Assembly: GCA_963749075.1 (NCBI GenBank)
Contig: CAVVLJ010000020.1
Location: 768,001 to 832,000 of the forward strand
From: an uncultured Pseudomonadota bacterium
GTDB taxonomy: Bacteria; Pseudomonadota; Alphaproteobacteria; JACZXZ01
Direction of reading: 5' to 3'
Length of the DNA: 64,000 nucleotides
This document shows positions 17,544 to 28,498 of the stretch, one piece after another; the stretch's first letter is position 1; each line of letters opens with the position of its first letter. The notes beneath the pieces were generated by a model that ran no database searches, had not been told where the DNA came from, and saw only the letters and a program-made list of their open reading frames with translations. The position numbers and the translations under genes are program-made.

Positions 17544-19531
17544 GCGGGCGCGGCAAATCCACCTCCGTCGCGGATGGGACGGTCTCCATGGGTGCTGCGG
17601 GCAGCACCCTCTCCGGCGACGAGTTCGAAGCGTGGGAGCGCCGGCTTGCCCTCCTCGGCCTGACCGCGGTGCTCGCGGCGACGGCCTGGCTGCTCGTCCT
17701 CCGCACCGACCGCTCCTCGATCATGTTGGAGTACGTCACCAAGTTCGTTCCGCATTTCGCCGAAGGCGGGATCGCGAAGATCTTCGACGTCGACGGTCTC
17801 GGCGATCCGCGCCTGAGGCTCGCGGACAACCTGCTGAGCTGGCTCAACGTCTCGATCCGCGCGTGGCTGCTTCGCTCGCTTGCGATCCCGCCTTCGCTGA
17901 GCTTGACCTGGCTGATGCATCCCGCCTGTCTCGTTGTGCTGTTTGCCGCGGTGCGCCGGCTGCCGGGCGCCGGGCTGCGCGCGGCGGCGATGGCCACGAT
18001 CCTGTACGCCGCTTCGCCGGCGCTTCTCGAGTCGTTGAACGATCTCCTCATTCCCGCCAAGGCGCTCGTGAGCCTCTGCTTTATCGTGGCGCTCTACGGC
18101 GCCACCTGGCTGATCGACGTGCCGGAGCTCGGCACCGAGGCGCGGCCCGGTAGGGCGGCTTCGATCATCGGGGCGGCTTTGACGCTGGCGCTCCTCTCGG
18201 ACGAGACCGCCATCTTTATCCCCATCTGCCTGCCGATCCTCTTGGCCGGCATCGGCCGAATGCCGGCCGGGGGTCGCACGCGCGCGCTCCTCTTCTCAGG
18301 CGCTGCGCTTGCGATTCCATTTGCGGTCGTGGCCGTTCTCGGGCTCCTGGTCGTCCCGCTGCTCAATGCGGCGCTGGACCAAGTGCCGCTCGACCTGATC
18401 ACCACCGTGACGAAAAGCCCCTATGCCGAGATGTTCGGAGAAAATCGATCAGAGATCGCCAACAGGCTCACAAGCGCAGCGCCGTTCGGTCTTCTGGAGA
18501 CGATCCTTTCCGTCCACGTCGTTCCCGGACGGATCGTGAATATCCAGTGGACGGCAAACCAGCCGCTCAAGTGGTTCTTCCAATGGACGGCGCGCGAGCA
18601 GCTATCGCTCGCGCTCTTCCTCATGGCCGGCGTGCTCGCCTTCCGCAACCTGCCGCCGCCCGGCCGGACGCTCGCGCGAAACGTGCTTCTGGCCGCGATC
18701 CCCTTCGTTCTCATCGAGTCCGTCCTGCTGCTTCCGCTCGCCACGCACCTCTCCGAAGTGTGCTACTACGCGTCGCTTTCCTCGGTTTTCCTGGCACTCT
18801 TCGCCGGCACGGCTTTCGGCGGCATGCGCCTCGCGAAGCCGCTCGGCTGGGCCCTCGTCCTCTATCTGGCCGCGGTCCAGATGTCCAACTACATGGCGAC
18901 CGCCATCCGCCATCCCTTTTTCGGCACCGGCGCATTCGATTGGCACGCCGTCGAGAGCATCCGGAATGACGTGGTGGCGCGCGGCCCTGCGGCCCTCAAG
19001 AACTTTCCGTTTTTCTCGCGGCAGTTCTTCTACGGTTTCGAGGTCGCGGCCGCCTTGGCCAGCGCCCGTGGCGCGCCGGTCGACTTGAGGCCGCTTGCCC
19101 GCGAACAGGACGGACTCTACAAATACATCGACATCGCCAAGATGGCCGATCCAGCCGTTACGGGAGGCGATCTCTCGGCACCGGCCCGCGAGGCCCAGAT
19201 CGGCGCCTTGGGCGCACAAGCGGTCGATCCGTCGTCGGTAGCCGAGCTGCTCGCGTGGCGGCGCGTGCAAGGCGAAGCCGGCGATTGGAGCTTTCGCTGG
19301 CGTGTCGGCGGTCGCGGAGAGGTCGTGGCCCGCGCATGGCACCGCGGTCTCTTGCGCGTGTGGGGCGACCGAGGCAGCTTGACCGCCGGCGGTGGGCGTC
19401 TCTGCGTGCGCTTCACGGCGTGGGGCGATTTCTGCCTTGCCCGGCTTTACCGAAAGGATAGCGAGCTCTATGGCTATTCGGAGCGAGGAGACCCGATTGC
19501 GACGTTCCATATCGGCGAGCGGCTGCAATAA
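17540..19531 (+). CDS. Polytopic membrane protein, GT-C-like, with a C-terminal soluble beta-rich domain
   Basis: ATGA overlap with the upstream stop, about 11 TM helices, LALLSDETA motif, C-terminal beta-strand region (GRLCVRF...FCLARLY). Confidence 0.7.
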   Translation: MSGRGKSTSVADGTVSMGAAGSTLSGDEFEAWERRLALLGLTAVLAATAWLLVLRTDRSSIMLEYVTKFVPHFAEGGIAKIFDVDGLGDPRLRLADNLLSWLNVSIRAWLLRSLAIPPSLSLTWLMHPACLVVLFAAVRRLPGAGLRAAAMATILYAASPALLESLNDLLIPAKALVSLCFIVALYGATWLIDVPELGTEARPGRAASIIGAALTLALLSDETAIFIPICLPILLAGIGRMPAGGRTRALLFSGAALAIPFAVVAVLGLLVVPLLNAALDQVPLDLITTVTKSPYAEMFGENRSEIANRLTSAAPFGLLETILSVHVVPGRIVNIQWTANQPLKWFFQWTAREQLSLALFLMAGVLAFRNLPPPGRTLARNVLLAAIPFVLIESVLLLPLATHLSEVCYYASLSSVFLALFAGTAFGGMRLAKPLGWALVLYLAAVQMSNYMATAIRHPFFGTGAFDWHAVESIRNDVVARGPAALKNFPFFSRQFFYGFEVAAALASARGAPVDLRPLAREQDGLYKYIDIAKMADPAVTGGDLSAPAREAQIGALGAQAVDPSSVAELLAWRRVQGEAGDWSFRWRVGGRGEVVARAWHRGLLRVWGDRGSLTAGGGRLCVRFTAWGDFCLARLYRKDSELYGYSERGDPIATFHIGERLQ

Positions 19532-19632
19532 GACCCCGCGGAGCCATCCGACGGTTGGGCCGCTTGGATGACCGAGTGCTCGCGCCGCCCAGCCTTCGGC
19601 ATGACTTGCACTAGCGGCAAGACGGGGCACCT

Positions 19633-22600
19633 GTGACCGGCTTCCTTGCTCGCCTCAAAGACCGCCGCATCCTCATGCCGGCGATCCTGGCGCTCGTCTA
19701 CCTTGTCTATTACGGCGCTATCCTCATCAAGAGCGGCGGCATCCCCTACGTCATGGACGGCAACGAGTCGTTCTCGACGCTCTGGCACGCCTATAACCTC
19801 TTCCATTTCAAGTTCGCGGACAGCTTCGGCCTTACCGACGAGGCGATTTCGACCGGTGCCGCGGCCCACCCCTTTCTGCATACCCACCAGGGGAACCTGC
19901 CGCGGCTCTTCGGCTTCCTGATCTACGCTCTGGGCGCGCGGACGATCGAGAGCCAGGTCGTGGTGACGACCGCGGCGATCGGCACGCTCACGCTCGTCTT
20001 CGCCTATGGCGCGATGGCGCGGCTCGCGGGCCGGGTCTTCGCCTTCATCTTCTGCCTCGTCCTTTTTACAGATTATATCCTTTACGCGCAATGGCACGTG
20101 GTCACCTATCGCGTGTGGTATGGCTTCCTCTTCTTTGCGATTCTTCTCGCCATCCAGCGCGCAGATGGAAGGCGCCGTTGGCTCGCGCAGGCGGGCCTCT
20201 TCGGCGGCTATTTGCTGCTTTTCTACGGCGAGCTGGTCTTCGCCGGGTTGATGGCCGTCACCGGGGCCTCTTGGACTCTCTGGACATACCGCCGCAAGGC
20301 CAGGCTCGCCTTGCGCCTGATCCTGATCGAGGCGGCAGGTGCCGCCCTGTCGGTCGGGATTTTGTTCCTCCAGCTCTGGGCCAAGTTCGGCTTGCATGTG
20401 GTGGCGGAGGACTTTCGTCTGACTTTCCTAGCTCGCAATCTGATCGCTGCGCCGCACCTCCGCGAGGCAGCCGACCAGTTCTACAATGACAAGCCCATTG
20501 TCTTCTTGAGCGATTTCGGCGAGGGCAGCCCTCCCCGGAGCCTTTGGTCATTCTTGCGCCTTCAAACAAGCCTGCTGTTCCAGGTCCATACGCCGATTCT
20601 GGCGCTGATCTGCCTGATGCTGCTCGGGGGATGGGCAGTCGGCTGGCTCTTCGATCGCCGCGGGACGGGATGGCGTGCGGCCGCGGCCTCGCGCGCGCAA
20701 ATCGCCATGATCGCGGTACCTTCGCTTCTGCTGGCACTTTTCTCGGCTGCGGCAACCACGTCCTTGTTGCCCAGCGGGAGGTTGGCGCCCGTTGCCGCGA
20801 AGCTCCTCGCTTTGGCGCTCGGTCTCGTTGCCGGGATTTGCCTGCGCGAGCTGGCCGGGACGGCAACGGCGCCGGGCGGTGCTGCTCGCGGGAGCGGCGT
20901 GAAGCCGCGATGGGTCATGGGCTTGGCGATGGCCGCGGCTGCTCTCCTGCCGGGACTGGGCGTCCTCGCGGCCTCAGGCCTGCCCCTCGGCAGCGCGCGC
21001 TGGGGCCTCACCCTTCTGCCGTGCGCCCTGCTGGCTGCGCTCTGCGGCATAGTTTCAGTCGGTCCGCGGCGCACCTTGCCGTGGCTCGCCCGCCGGGCCC
21101 AGCGCCTTTCCGACAGCTTCTCCTTGAGCGGTGCCGGTGGCCGCGACTGGCCCTGGATGGCAGTGCCCGCCTGCCTCGCCGCCGTGTGCTTCCTTTTGCT
21201 CTATCCGGGCCTTGTCCACCCTCGCCTCGAGCGAGGCTTGCTCTCGAGCGCCGCTTTCGTCCTGACGCTTTGCTGGTACGCTTCGGCGCGCCGCGAGGCC
21301 GCGGCGTTGTGGAGCGCCGCCCTTGCCGCTGGCTCCCGGCTGCGCGGAGAGCAGGCAGGGCAAGGGCCGGGCCCGCTGTCGGCGGCCCTTCTCGGCGCCG
21401 GCGCGGTCGTCCTGTGGACGGTCGGGCTCGCATTGCTGCTCGCGGTCCTTGCGCAAGGGCCGCTGCCCTTCGGCCTCAAGCCGACGCAGCCGGTATCGGC
21501 TTCTCTGTGGCTGATGGGCCTTGCCTTGGCCGTCGCCGCGAGCGGCGGAATCTGGCTGTGGCGCGAGGCGACCGAGCGCACGCGGGACCCGCAGCCGACT
21601 CTCTCGCTGCAGATGCTTCTGTGTGCCGTCTTCCTTTGGTTCGTTTATTTCGTCATCCGCGGCCAATGGCACGCTTACGACCAGGATTTCTCGCTGGTGT
21701 GGATGATGCCGCTGGGGTTCTCGGGCGGCACGGTGTTCGCGCGGGCGGTTGCCGTTCTCGCCCTCGCCGTAGCGATCGGCCTGGCGCTCGGTGGGCCGCG
21801 GCGTCTCCTGGGTGCCGTTGCAAGCCGCGAGATCGCCCGCGCCCTCGGATTTTTCATCGTCTGCGAGGCGGCCTTTGCGGTCATTTACTGGCTCTCGCCG
21901 GGCTACATCTACAAGGGATATCTCGAGCGCTACGCCCCTTTCGCCGTGTTCTTCGTCGAGCTGCCGCTCGCCGCCGCCCTCTTCGCGCTGTACCGCACCG
22001 TCTCGGCACCCTGGCTGCGGCGCCGGGAGGCGCGGGCCCCGGCCGTGGCGCTGCCGCTGCCGCTGCTGCGCGGTGGTGCGGCGGCCGTGCTCACGGCCAT
22101 CGGCCTCTATTGGATCGTGGTTCAGGGCGTCTATGCGGCACTCCTGCCGCCCGACCACGCGGCCTTCCTCAAGCTGCTGCGGGAGCCGCAGTTCGCGGGA
22201 AAGTCGGTCGCCGTCAATACCTATGCGGCGCCCATGGCGGCCATGACCGGCGGTTGGGGCTATTTCGACGACGTCCTGGCGCAGGACCACGTGATTTGGC
22301 GTGGCGGCGGCTATGATTTGGCACGCAACCTCAGGACGGCCCTTTGGTTCGCCGATCGCCATACTAACCCGGCCTATCTGCGGCCGGATTACTATGTCTG
22401 TTTTTGGCCGCAGAGCTTTCGCACGGCGGTCGGCGCGCGCGATCCGTCGCTCTTCCAGGATTTAATCCACTATTGCCCCAGTCTGGGCATTGTTTCCGAT
22501 GCAACGAAGCCCGGTTTTCCGCTTCATCGCCGCCTCGTCGCGGCGGACCCGTCGCTCTACGCATCATGGGCGATCGTCAAGCTTGGCTGGACGTTCCCAC

Positions 22601-23856
22601 CCTTCGTCAGGAGCCTCGCGCTCACGGTCGAAGCGGGCACAGCCGGCGCCGTGGCGCAGGTCTCCAGCGAGACCGCACAGCAGGATGGCATCCCGGTCAT
22701 TCCGGCCGACGTCGAGCTTCTGGCCGAGCGCGGCAATGCAGGCTGCGTCGTTCACGACAACGCCCTGACCCCGATCGGCCGTCTCGCGGGATCGGGCGCT
22801 CTGCCGCTGCCGCCCGGGTTCTCGGGGCTCGTGGTCGCGCGCGTGACGCCACGGACGGCGGACGCGAGGGGCATTCCCGTGCTGTCGAACGCGGTGAGCG
22901 TGACGTCGCTTCTGGATTCGACCGGCTCCGGCACGGTCGCGGCGGTGCGGATATTCAAGTGCAGCGGCGTGCGGGAGCTCGACTTCCGCGCCGTTGGCGA
23001 CGCCGACAAATTCGAGACCGCAGGCTGGGCCGCCGCGGAGTCCTGGGGGACCTGGACGGTCGGGCGGACGGCCGAGCTCGTGGTTCCCAATCCATCGTCC
23101 GCGGATAGCGACATGGTCCTTACGATGGAGGTCCGCGGGCTGGTGAACGAGGCGCATCCCGTGGCCTCCGCCGCGATCGAGGCGCAGGGCATCACGGTCG
23201 GCCGCATCGTTTTAGCGCCGGGCAATTCGGCAGCGGTCGAGCGTTTCCGCGTGCCGAGGATGCCGATGGCGTCGGGCAACATCGATATCAAAGTGGAAAA
23301 CGACGACCCGGTCGCTCCCGCGCGCGCCCTGCCCGACTCGCCCGACGAGCGGCTATTGGGCCTCGGGTTCACCAAGCTGAGCCTCGCCGCGGCGAGTGCC
23401 GCGGATGTGGCAATCGTGCCCTTAGGCCAGAGCGTGGGATTTGCCGCCGGCCAAGCGGGCACGGCCATGCTCGCGAGCGGCTGGTCGACGCCCGAATCGT
23501 GGGGCACGTGGGGCCTCGGCAATGACTCGATCCTCCTTTTCAAGGGCGGCTGGAAGGGCACCCCCGTCCGGCTGGCGCTGGATGCGCGGGCGTACCTGCC
23601 GCCGGATGCGCCGCCACTCTCCACCGAGGTGCTCGTCAACGGCGCCGTCGTCGGACGCCTGGATTTCGCTGCGGACCAAGAGCGCGTCCATGCCGATTTC
23701 GCGATCCCGGCCGAGGTCGTCGGTGACTCCGCCGTTGCGGAGATCGAATTCCGCTCGAACCGACCCAGCAGCTTCGCTCGGACCGCGGCGGCGGGTGCGG
23801 AGGTTCGGCCGCTCGCGCTCGGTCTCGTAGCGCTCACGATCTTGGAAAAGCAATGA
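19633..23856 (+). CDS. Very large GT-C-like membrane protein with two C-terminal GW-x-x-x-E-x-x-G-x-W beta-sandwich repeats
   Basis: 1407 aa. N-terminal PYVMDGNESFS...SFGLTDEA...HTHQGNLPRLFG, many TM helices, GWAAAESWGTW and GWSTPESWGTW repeats each ending in R.L.LG. Confidence 0.8.
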   Translation: MTGFLARLKDRRILMPAILALVYLVYYGAILIKSGGIPYVMDGNESFSTLWHAYNLFHFKFADSFGLTDEAISTGAAAHPFLHTHQGNLPRLFGFLIYALGARTIESQVVVTTAAIGTLTLVFAYGAMARLAGRVFAFIFCLVLFTDYILYAQWHVVTYRVWYGFLFFAILLAIQRADGRRRWLAQAGLFGGYLLLFYGELVFAGLMAVTGASWTLWTYRRKARLALRLILIEAAGAALSVGILFLQLWAKFGLHVVAEDFRLTFLARNLIAAPHLREAADQFYNDKPIVFLSDFGEGSPPRSLWSFLRLQTSLLFQVHTPILALICLMLLGGWAVGWLFDRRGTGWRAAAASRAQIAMIAVPSLLLALFSAAATTSLLPSGRLAPVAAKLLALALGLVAGICLRELAGTATAPGGAARGSGVKPRWVMGLAMAAAALLPGLGVLAASGLPLGSARWGLTLLPCALLAALCGIVSVGPRRTLPWLARRAQRLSDSFSLSGAGGRDWPWMAVPACLAAVCFLLLYPGLVHPRLERGLLSSAAFVLTLCWYASARREAAALWSAALAAGSRLRGEQAGQGPGPLSAALLGAGAVVLWTVGLALLLAVLAQGPLPFGLKPTQPVSASLWLMGLALAVAASGGIWLWREATERTRDPQPTLSLQMLLCAVFLWFVYFVIRGQWHAYDQDFSLVWMMPLGFSGGTVFARAVAVLALAVAIGLALGGPRRLLGAVASREIARALGFFIVCEAAFAVIYWLSPGYIYKGYLERYAPFAVFFVELPLAAALFALYRTVSAPWLRRREARAPAVALPLPLLRGGAAAVLTAIGLYWIVVQGVYAALLPPDHAAFLKLLREPQFAGKSVAVNTYAAPMAAMTGGWGYFDDVLAQDHVIWRGGGYDLARNLRTALWFADRHTNPAYLRPDYYVCFWPQSFRTAVGARDPSLFQDLIHYCPSLGIVSDATKPGFPLHRRLVAADPSLYASWAIVKLGWTFPPFVRSLALTVEAGTAGAVAQVSSETAQQDGIPVIPADVELLAERGNAGCVVHDNALTPIGRLAGSGALPLPPGFSGLVVARVTPRTADARGIPVLSNAVSVTSLLDSTGSGTVAAVRIFKCSGVRELDFRAVGDADKFETAGWAAAESWGTWTVGRTAELVVPNPSSADSDMVLTMEVRGLVNEAHPVASAAIEAQGITVGRIVLAPGNSAAVERFRVPRMPMASGNIDIKVENDDPVAPARALPDSPDERLLGLGFTKLSLAAASAADVAIVPLGQSVGFAAGQAGTAMLASGWSTPESWGTWGLGNDSILLFKGGWKGTPVRLALDARAYLPPDAPPLSTEVLVNGAVVGRLDFAADQERVHADFAIPAEVVGDSAVAEIEFRSNRPSSFARTAAAGAEVRPLALGLVALTILEKQ

Positions 23857-23932
23857 CGTGGCAGTCCGGCGTCGGCGGGGGCTCTCTATCGAGCCGGCTT
23901 GCGCGCCGTGAGCGCCGGGCCGGAGAATGTGC

Positions 23933-26900
23933 ATGAGACTTGAGCGAAGTTACGCCATCGGCCTTGGGCTCGTGGCCTCCGTCTATGCGGCCTATTACGG
24001 CTGGATGCTGGCCGCCTCCGACTTCATGCCCTATGTGCTCGACGGCAACGAATCCTTCTCGGTGCTGATCCACGCGCACAACCTGTTCCACTATGACTTC
24101 TTCAAGTCGTGGGGGCTCGCCGACGAGTTCGTACGGCTTATCCCCGGCGGCCCACCCCTATCTCCATACCCATCAGGGGAACATGCCGCGGCTCTTCGGC
24201 TTTCTCATCTACGTCCTCGGCGCGCGCACGATCGAGAGCCAGATTGCCGTCACCTTCCTCGTCGTCGGCAGTGCCACGCTCCTGGCTGCCTACCACGGCG
24301 TGGCGCGCCTCGTCTCGCCGCTCTTCGCCACCGTCTTCTGCCTCCTCTTCTTCACCGATTACATCCTGGTCGCCGAATGGCACGTCGTCACCTACCGGGT
24401 GTGGTACGGCTTTCTCTTCTTCACGGCCCTCGTCTGCGTGGTCGAGGCGGGCGGCGAGCGCTGGCGCCGCTGGGCGGTACTCCAGGGCGCCGTGTTCTTC
24501 CTCGCCTTCTATTTCGAGCTCGTGAACGCGGTCATGCTCGGCGTCGTGTTCGCGGCCTTCGGCGCATTTCTCCATCGCCGGAGGCCGCGGCGCGCGGCGG
24601 CCCTGGTGCTTGCCGAGGGCATCGGCGCGGCACTCGCCTTGGGCCTCCTCTTCGGCCAGCTCGCCGCCGTCTTCGGCCTTCACGACGTGGTGCGGGACTT
24701 CGAGCTCACGCTCCACGCGCGCAACGCCGCGACCGATCCCGCCTTCGCCCGGGAGCTCCACGCGTTCTATGCGTCGCGGAACATCGCCTTCTGGTACAAT
24801 CTGGTCGACGGCGACCGCTACCGCTCGCTCGGCGCCCTCGTCAGATCAGAAAGCTGGTACGTCTATCAGGTCTATACGCCGGTGCTGCTGCTCATGGCGG
24901 TGCTGCCCGTCGTCGGATTCGCTTGCGGCGCCGCGGTGGATGCCGTTCGGCGCCGGGGGCTGAGGCTCGCACGAGCCGAGGTGCTGGCGCGCAATAGGCG
25001 CCTCGTCGACATGGCCGCCGCCCTCGTCCTGGTGCTGGCGGCCGTCCTCCTCTGCCTCATCCCCGATGCGCGGTTCCACGGCATCGCGCGGGAGGGCGGT
25101 GCTTCGGCCGGCCGCTTGATCGGACCGCTCCTCGGGCTCGCCCTCGCCGGAGGTGTCGCGATGCTCTGGCGCCGTGCCGTGCGTCGTCCGCTCGCCCGCC
25201 TTTCGAGCTGGCGCTATGCTCGGCGAGCTGCACCTTACATTGCTACCGTGGCGCTCGTCGGCTGGCTCTGGCCGCGTCCTTTCGACCAGGAATTCGCGCT
25301 GCTCTGGACGGCCGCATTCCCCTCGGCGGCGTGGCGCTGGGGATTGGCGCTCGGGCTCGTCGCCGCATTCCTCTCGGGCCTGACGCTCGCTTGCCTCGGC
25401 GCGCGCGCCGCGCTGGGGCAGGGCCGCCTCCGCGGCGTCGGGAGCGTGGTGGTGCTCTTCGTCGTCTGCCAGGCGGCTTATGCCGCGGTCTATTGGCTCT
25501 CCCCGGGTTATGTGCTGACCGGCTATGCCTGGCGCTATGCCGCCTTCGCGGTGTACTTCGCGGCCCTGCTGCCGGCGCTCGGAGCCTATCTCGTGGTCGT
25601 GGTGGCGCTCCGCAGCCTCGCGGCGTTGCGGGCGGGATGGCACCGGCGCCGCCTCCAGCGGCGGCGGCTCGTGCCGCCCTCCCTGCCTGCCGCCGGCTCC
25701 CTGGCAGCGGCGGTACTGGCGACGGTCGTCCTCGCTGCCGCTTGGGCCGAGCTGCAAGCGACCTACGCAACGCTCCTGCCGCCCGACCAGTATGCGGGTA
25801 TCCGGCGCTTGCGGGCGCCGCCCTTTGCCGGAGCGTCTTTCGTCGTCGGCAATTATGCGGCACCGGTTGCCGCCATGACGCATCAATGGGCCTATCTCGA
25901 CTTGCGCATCGGGAGGGTCTTCACGGAGGTAACGCCCGAGGGCATCGTCCTGGGGCGCGATGCGACGAGCTATTTGTGGCTGGCGGATCGGGCCACCAAC
26001 ACGGCCTATCGGGAGCCGGACTATTTCATGTGCCTGGTGCGGCCAACCCTCAGATCGGTTCTTGCCACTTTGGACCCGGCCGGCTTCAAGGACCCGAACG
26101 GGCGGTGCGCGAATCTCGGTCTCGTCGAGATCGCCGCCGAGGGCATAGGCCCATTCACGCATCGCCTTGTAGCCGAGGATGACACGCGTCGGGACAATTG
26201 GGCGATCGTCAAGCTCGACAACGACACTCACCCGGTCATCGAGCGGATTGCCGCGCAGCTTCAAGTCATCGACGGCAGGCCGCAGCTTTCCTTGCAGGCG
26301 ACGATCGGCAGCCCGCGTCTCATTCGATTGCTGCCGCCGCGCATCGAGGTTTTCGCGCATCCGGGAGCGCCGGTTTGCCGGCCATCGGACGAGGGGGAGC
26401 GAGTAGCCCTCTCGGAGGATGGGCGGCCCGTGATGCTGCCATGGCCCTTCACGGGGAGCGTTTTCGTGCGCGTGACGCCTCGGACGACGGTCAACGAAGG
26501 ACCGCCTCTCTGGCTGCCGGGGCTCCGCCATGCGGATGACCCCGGCACGGACGGGAAGGAGCCCCGCTGGGATATGTGCCCGTATCACATTGCAATCGAT
26601 GCGACCGGGCGCGGCAACTTCGCGACGTTCGCGGCGGGCGGCTGGTCGGGCCTGGAAGAGGAGGGAAGATGGAGCGAGGGCCGGAAGGCAGCGCTCGTCA
26701 TCCCCGACCTTGGAACTCCGCCGGGTCCCTTGTTGCTCACGTTGGAAGCGCACGGCTATGTGCCCCGGGCTCATCCGACGCAGCGAATTTCGCTCGCGTT
26801 CGACGGCCACCCGATCGGAACGCTCACGATGATCCACGGCGAAGCCGCGCGCTCCTATCGCCTCGTCGTGCCGGCCGACTCCGTCGCCTCCGGGGCGCGG

Positions 26901-27458
26901 ACGATCTCGTTCGCGATCGCCGATCCGCTCTCGCCGGCGGACGTGGGCGAATCAGACGATGCTCGAAAGCTCGGAATCTTCGTCTCCAGGGTCGCGGTGG
27001 ATGAACTGCCTTCCGCGCAAGTCCCCGCTTATTCGCCCGGCAGCGACATCGACTTCCGGGCGGGCGGCAATGCGCCGGCGTATGAATTGTCCGGGTGGGC
27101 GGCGCCGGAGGCGGCCGGGACATGGATGCTCGGTTCCGACGCGACGCTCCTCTTTCGTCTGGGCGCGCCGGTGGACCATGACCTCACCTTGTACCTGGAG
27201 GGCACTTCTTTCTTCACGGAAAGCCGGGCGCCCCAGGCCGCGGAGCTGTCGCTCAACGGACAGCCGATCGGCCGCGTCTCCTTCGACACGAAAGGCGCCT
27301 CGGCGGCGAAGCTCGTCGTTCCCCGCTCGCTCCTCGCCGGCTCGACGACGATCGTCTTGCGTATTGCCGGCGAGCCTGCGGTATCACCGCACCAGCTCGG
27401 CATGTCGGACGACGAGCGCCCGCTGTCGCTCAATCTGAGGCGCATGCGTTTCGAGTGA
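23933..27458 (+). CDS. Paralog of 19633-23856 (apparent +1 frameshift at ~24128)
   Basis: PYVLDGNESFS...SWGLADE in one frame, SYGLSPAAHPYLHTHQGNMPRLFG in the next. GGAG RBS before ATG 23933. C-terminal GWSGLEEEGRW and GWAAPEAAGTW repeats. Confidence 0.8.
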
Positions 27459-27582
27459 GGGCGCCGCCCGGCGCCGCGCATTTCGCCATCTCGGCCGTTG
27501 AGACGCCGCCCGCGTCTCGCTGTGACCGGCTGCGACCTCATCCTCGTCGCGGGCGCGGCAGCCCGGCGTTGGAGCGGGCTCC

Positions 27583-28479
27583 CTACCCGGCCGGCTTGCC
27601 CGCCGTGAAGGCGACGGTGGCCGTCTTGTGCACCGCGGCCTGAAGCAGCGTCACCGGCAGGAAGGGTGCTATGAGGAGCGCGTACCACCGCACGCGGCCG
27701 CTCGGCGGCACCTTGAGGCCGCAGCGGTCGGCGAGAAAATTCTGAATGCCGGCGCTCCAGCCGACCGTGCGGAGGCGCCAGCTCATGCGCACGTCGCGGA
27801 AGCCGGACTCGGCGAGGGCGCGGCGGAGATTGGCGTCGTCGAACAGCACGATGTGGCGGGGCACGTGCAAGGCGCCCCAGTAGCGCCCGAACAGCCGGAA
27901 GTCGAGACAGTCCGTGTTCGGCGTCTCGCCGAAGAGCACGCCGCCCGTCTTGAGGAGCGCATAGGCGCGGCGGAGGATCGCGAGAGGGTCGCGCGCGTGC
28001 TCGATCACGTGGCCCATGCGGATGAGGTCGAAGCTGGCCTCGGGGAAGGTGCAGTCCGTGAGCTCGCCCGTCTGCACCGGGAGTCCGAGCTTGCGCGCGC
28101 GCTCCGCCGCGGCGGCATCGATCTCGACGCCATGAAGCTCCCAGCTGCCGCGCTTCTTGAGGGCGAGCAGCGCCGCCCCGTTGCCGCAGCCCACGTCGAG
28201 AATGCGCCCGCTGCGGCCGGTCAGCGCCGCGATGCGTTTCGCGTCCTGGGCGTAGACGACGCGCGACATCCAGCTGATGATCGTGTCGCTGTTGTAGGCG
28301 GAGTAGTCGGGCGGGTAGAAGCCGCCGATCTCGGCAGCCGCCGGCAGAGGGTCGAGGAAGACGAGCGCGCAGGCGCTGCAGCGGGCGAGGCGCCATTCTC
28401 CGGGCACGCCGTGCTCGTAATCCCGTGCGGCGAAAAGCGGCAGCGCGGGCGCGCCGCAGAGATGACAGGCCGTGGCCAC
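27583..28479 (-). CDS. Class I SAM methyltransferase with N-terminal Zn-ribbon
   Basis: CHLCG...RCSACAL, ILDVGCGNG, HVIEH, PRHIVLF. The start codon is uncertain (GTG 28479 or 28512). Confidence 0.85.
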   Translation of the reverse strand: MATACHLCGAPALPLFAARDYEHGVPGEWRLARCSACALVFLDPLPAAAEIGGFYPPDYSAYNSDTIISWMSRVVYAQDAKRIAALTGRSGRILDVGCGNGAALLALKKRGSWELHGVEIDAAAAERARKLGLPVQTGELTDCTFPEASFDLIRMGHVIEHARDPLAILRRAYALLKTGGVLFGETPNTDCLDFRLFGRYWGALHVPRHIVLFDDANLRRALAESGFRDVRMSWRLRTVGWSAGIQNFLADRCGLKVPPSGRVRWYALLIAPFLPVTLLQAAVHKTATVAFTAGKPAG

Positions 28480-28498
28480 CTCGCGCGCGGCCGCGACG

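Noticed and set aside
27459-27582. Intrinsic terminator between convergent genes
   Set aside because: GC-rich, but no clear stem-loop followed by a U-tract could be identified.
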